A DNA stretch of 64,000 nt, taken from NCBI GenBank assembly GCA_051874735.1, contig JBJEGD010000002.1, positions 1-64,000 on the forward strand, written 5' to 3'. Made by a program: the position numbers and the translations under genes. The notes beneath the pieces are model-generated. The model was not told the DNA's origin and ran no database searches. It was given only the letters and a program-made list of their open reading frames with translations. The stretch comes from Candidatus Bruticola sp. GTDB lineage: Bacteria; Vulcanimicrobiota; Xenobia; Xenobiales; Xenobiaceae. Of the stretch, positions 64,000 through 64,000 are shown in pieces (positions within the stretch are counted from its first letter, which is position 1; every line of letters begins with the position of its first letter).

Positions 64000-64000
64000 C

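Overview
Bacterial chromosomal window made up mostly of housekeeping genes: sdaA, a flavodiiron protein, ligA, AddB- and AddA-like genes, dusA, Mrp/ApbC, rnd, ispD, PIN/TRAM, argS, mscL, nhaA, smc, an M29 aminopeptidase, GH57, deoB, alpha-2-macroglobulin and a 5'-truncated CorC/HlyC gene. It also holds tRNA-Leu(CAA), initiator tRNA-fMet and many divergent secreted or membrane hypotheticals. The lineage cannot be fixed from the sequence; a divergent anaerobic diderm such as Eremiobacterota/Xenobia is only a guess. The clearest accessory element is a type IC restriction-modification locus (hsdM-hsdS-hsdR). Its hsdS carries two independent repeat switches: an in-frame (GACA)10 tract whose one-unit slippage would truncate HsdS to a half-subunit, and a 12-bp TAEL spacer repeat. 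Other notable items are a Sec-type protein with an FrpC-like self-processing module (Ser-Pro instead of Asp-Pro), a prokaryotic RING-finger membrane protein, convergent addB/addA, and GH57 and RluE homologues with altered catalytic motifs. Several core enzymes also carry lineage-specific insertions. No CRISPR array, integrase or transposase was seen. All family calls come from motif recognition by eye, not from database searches.
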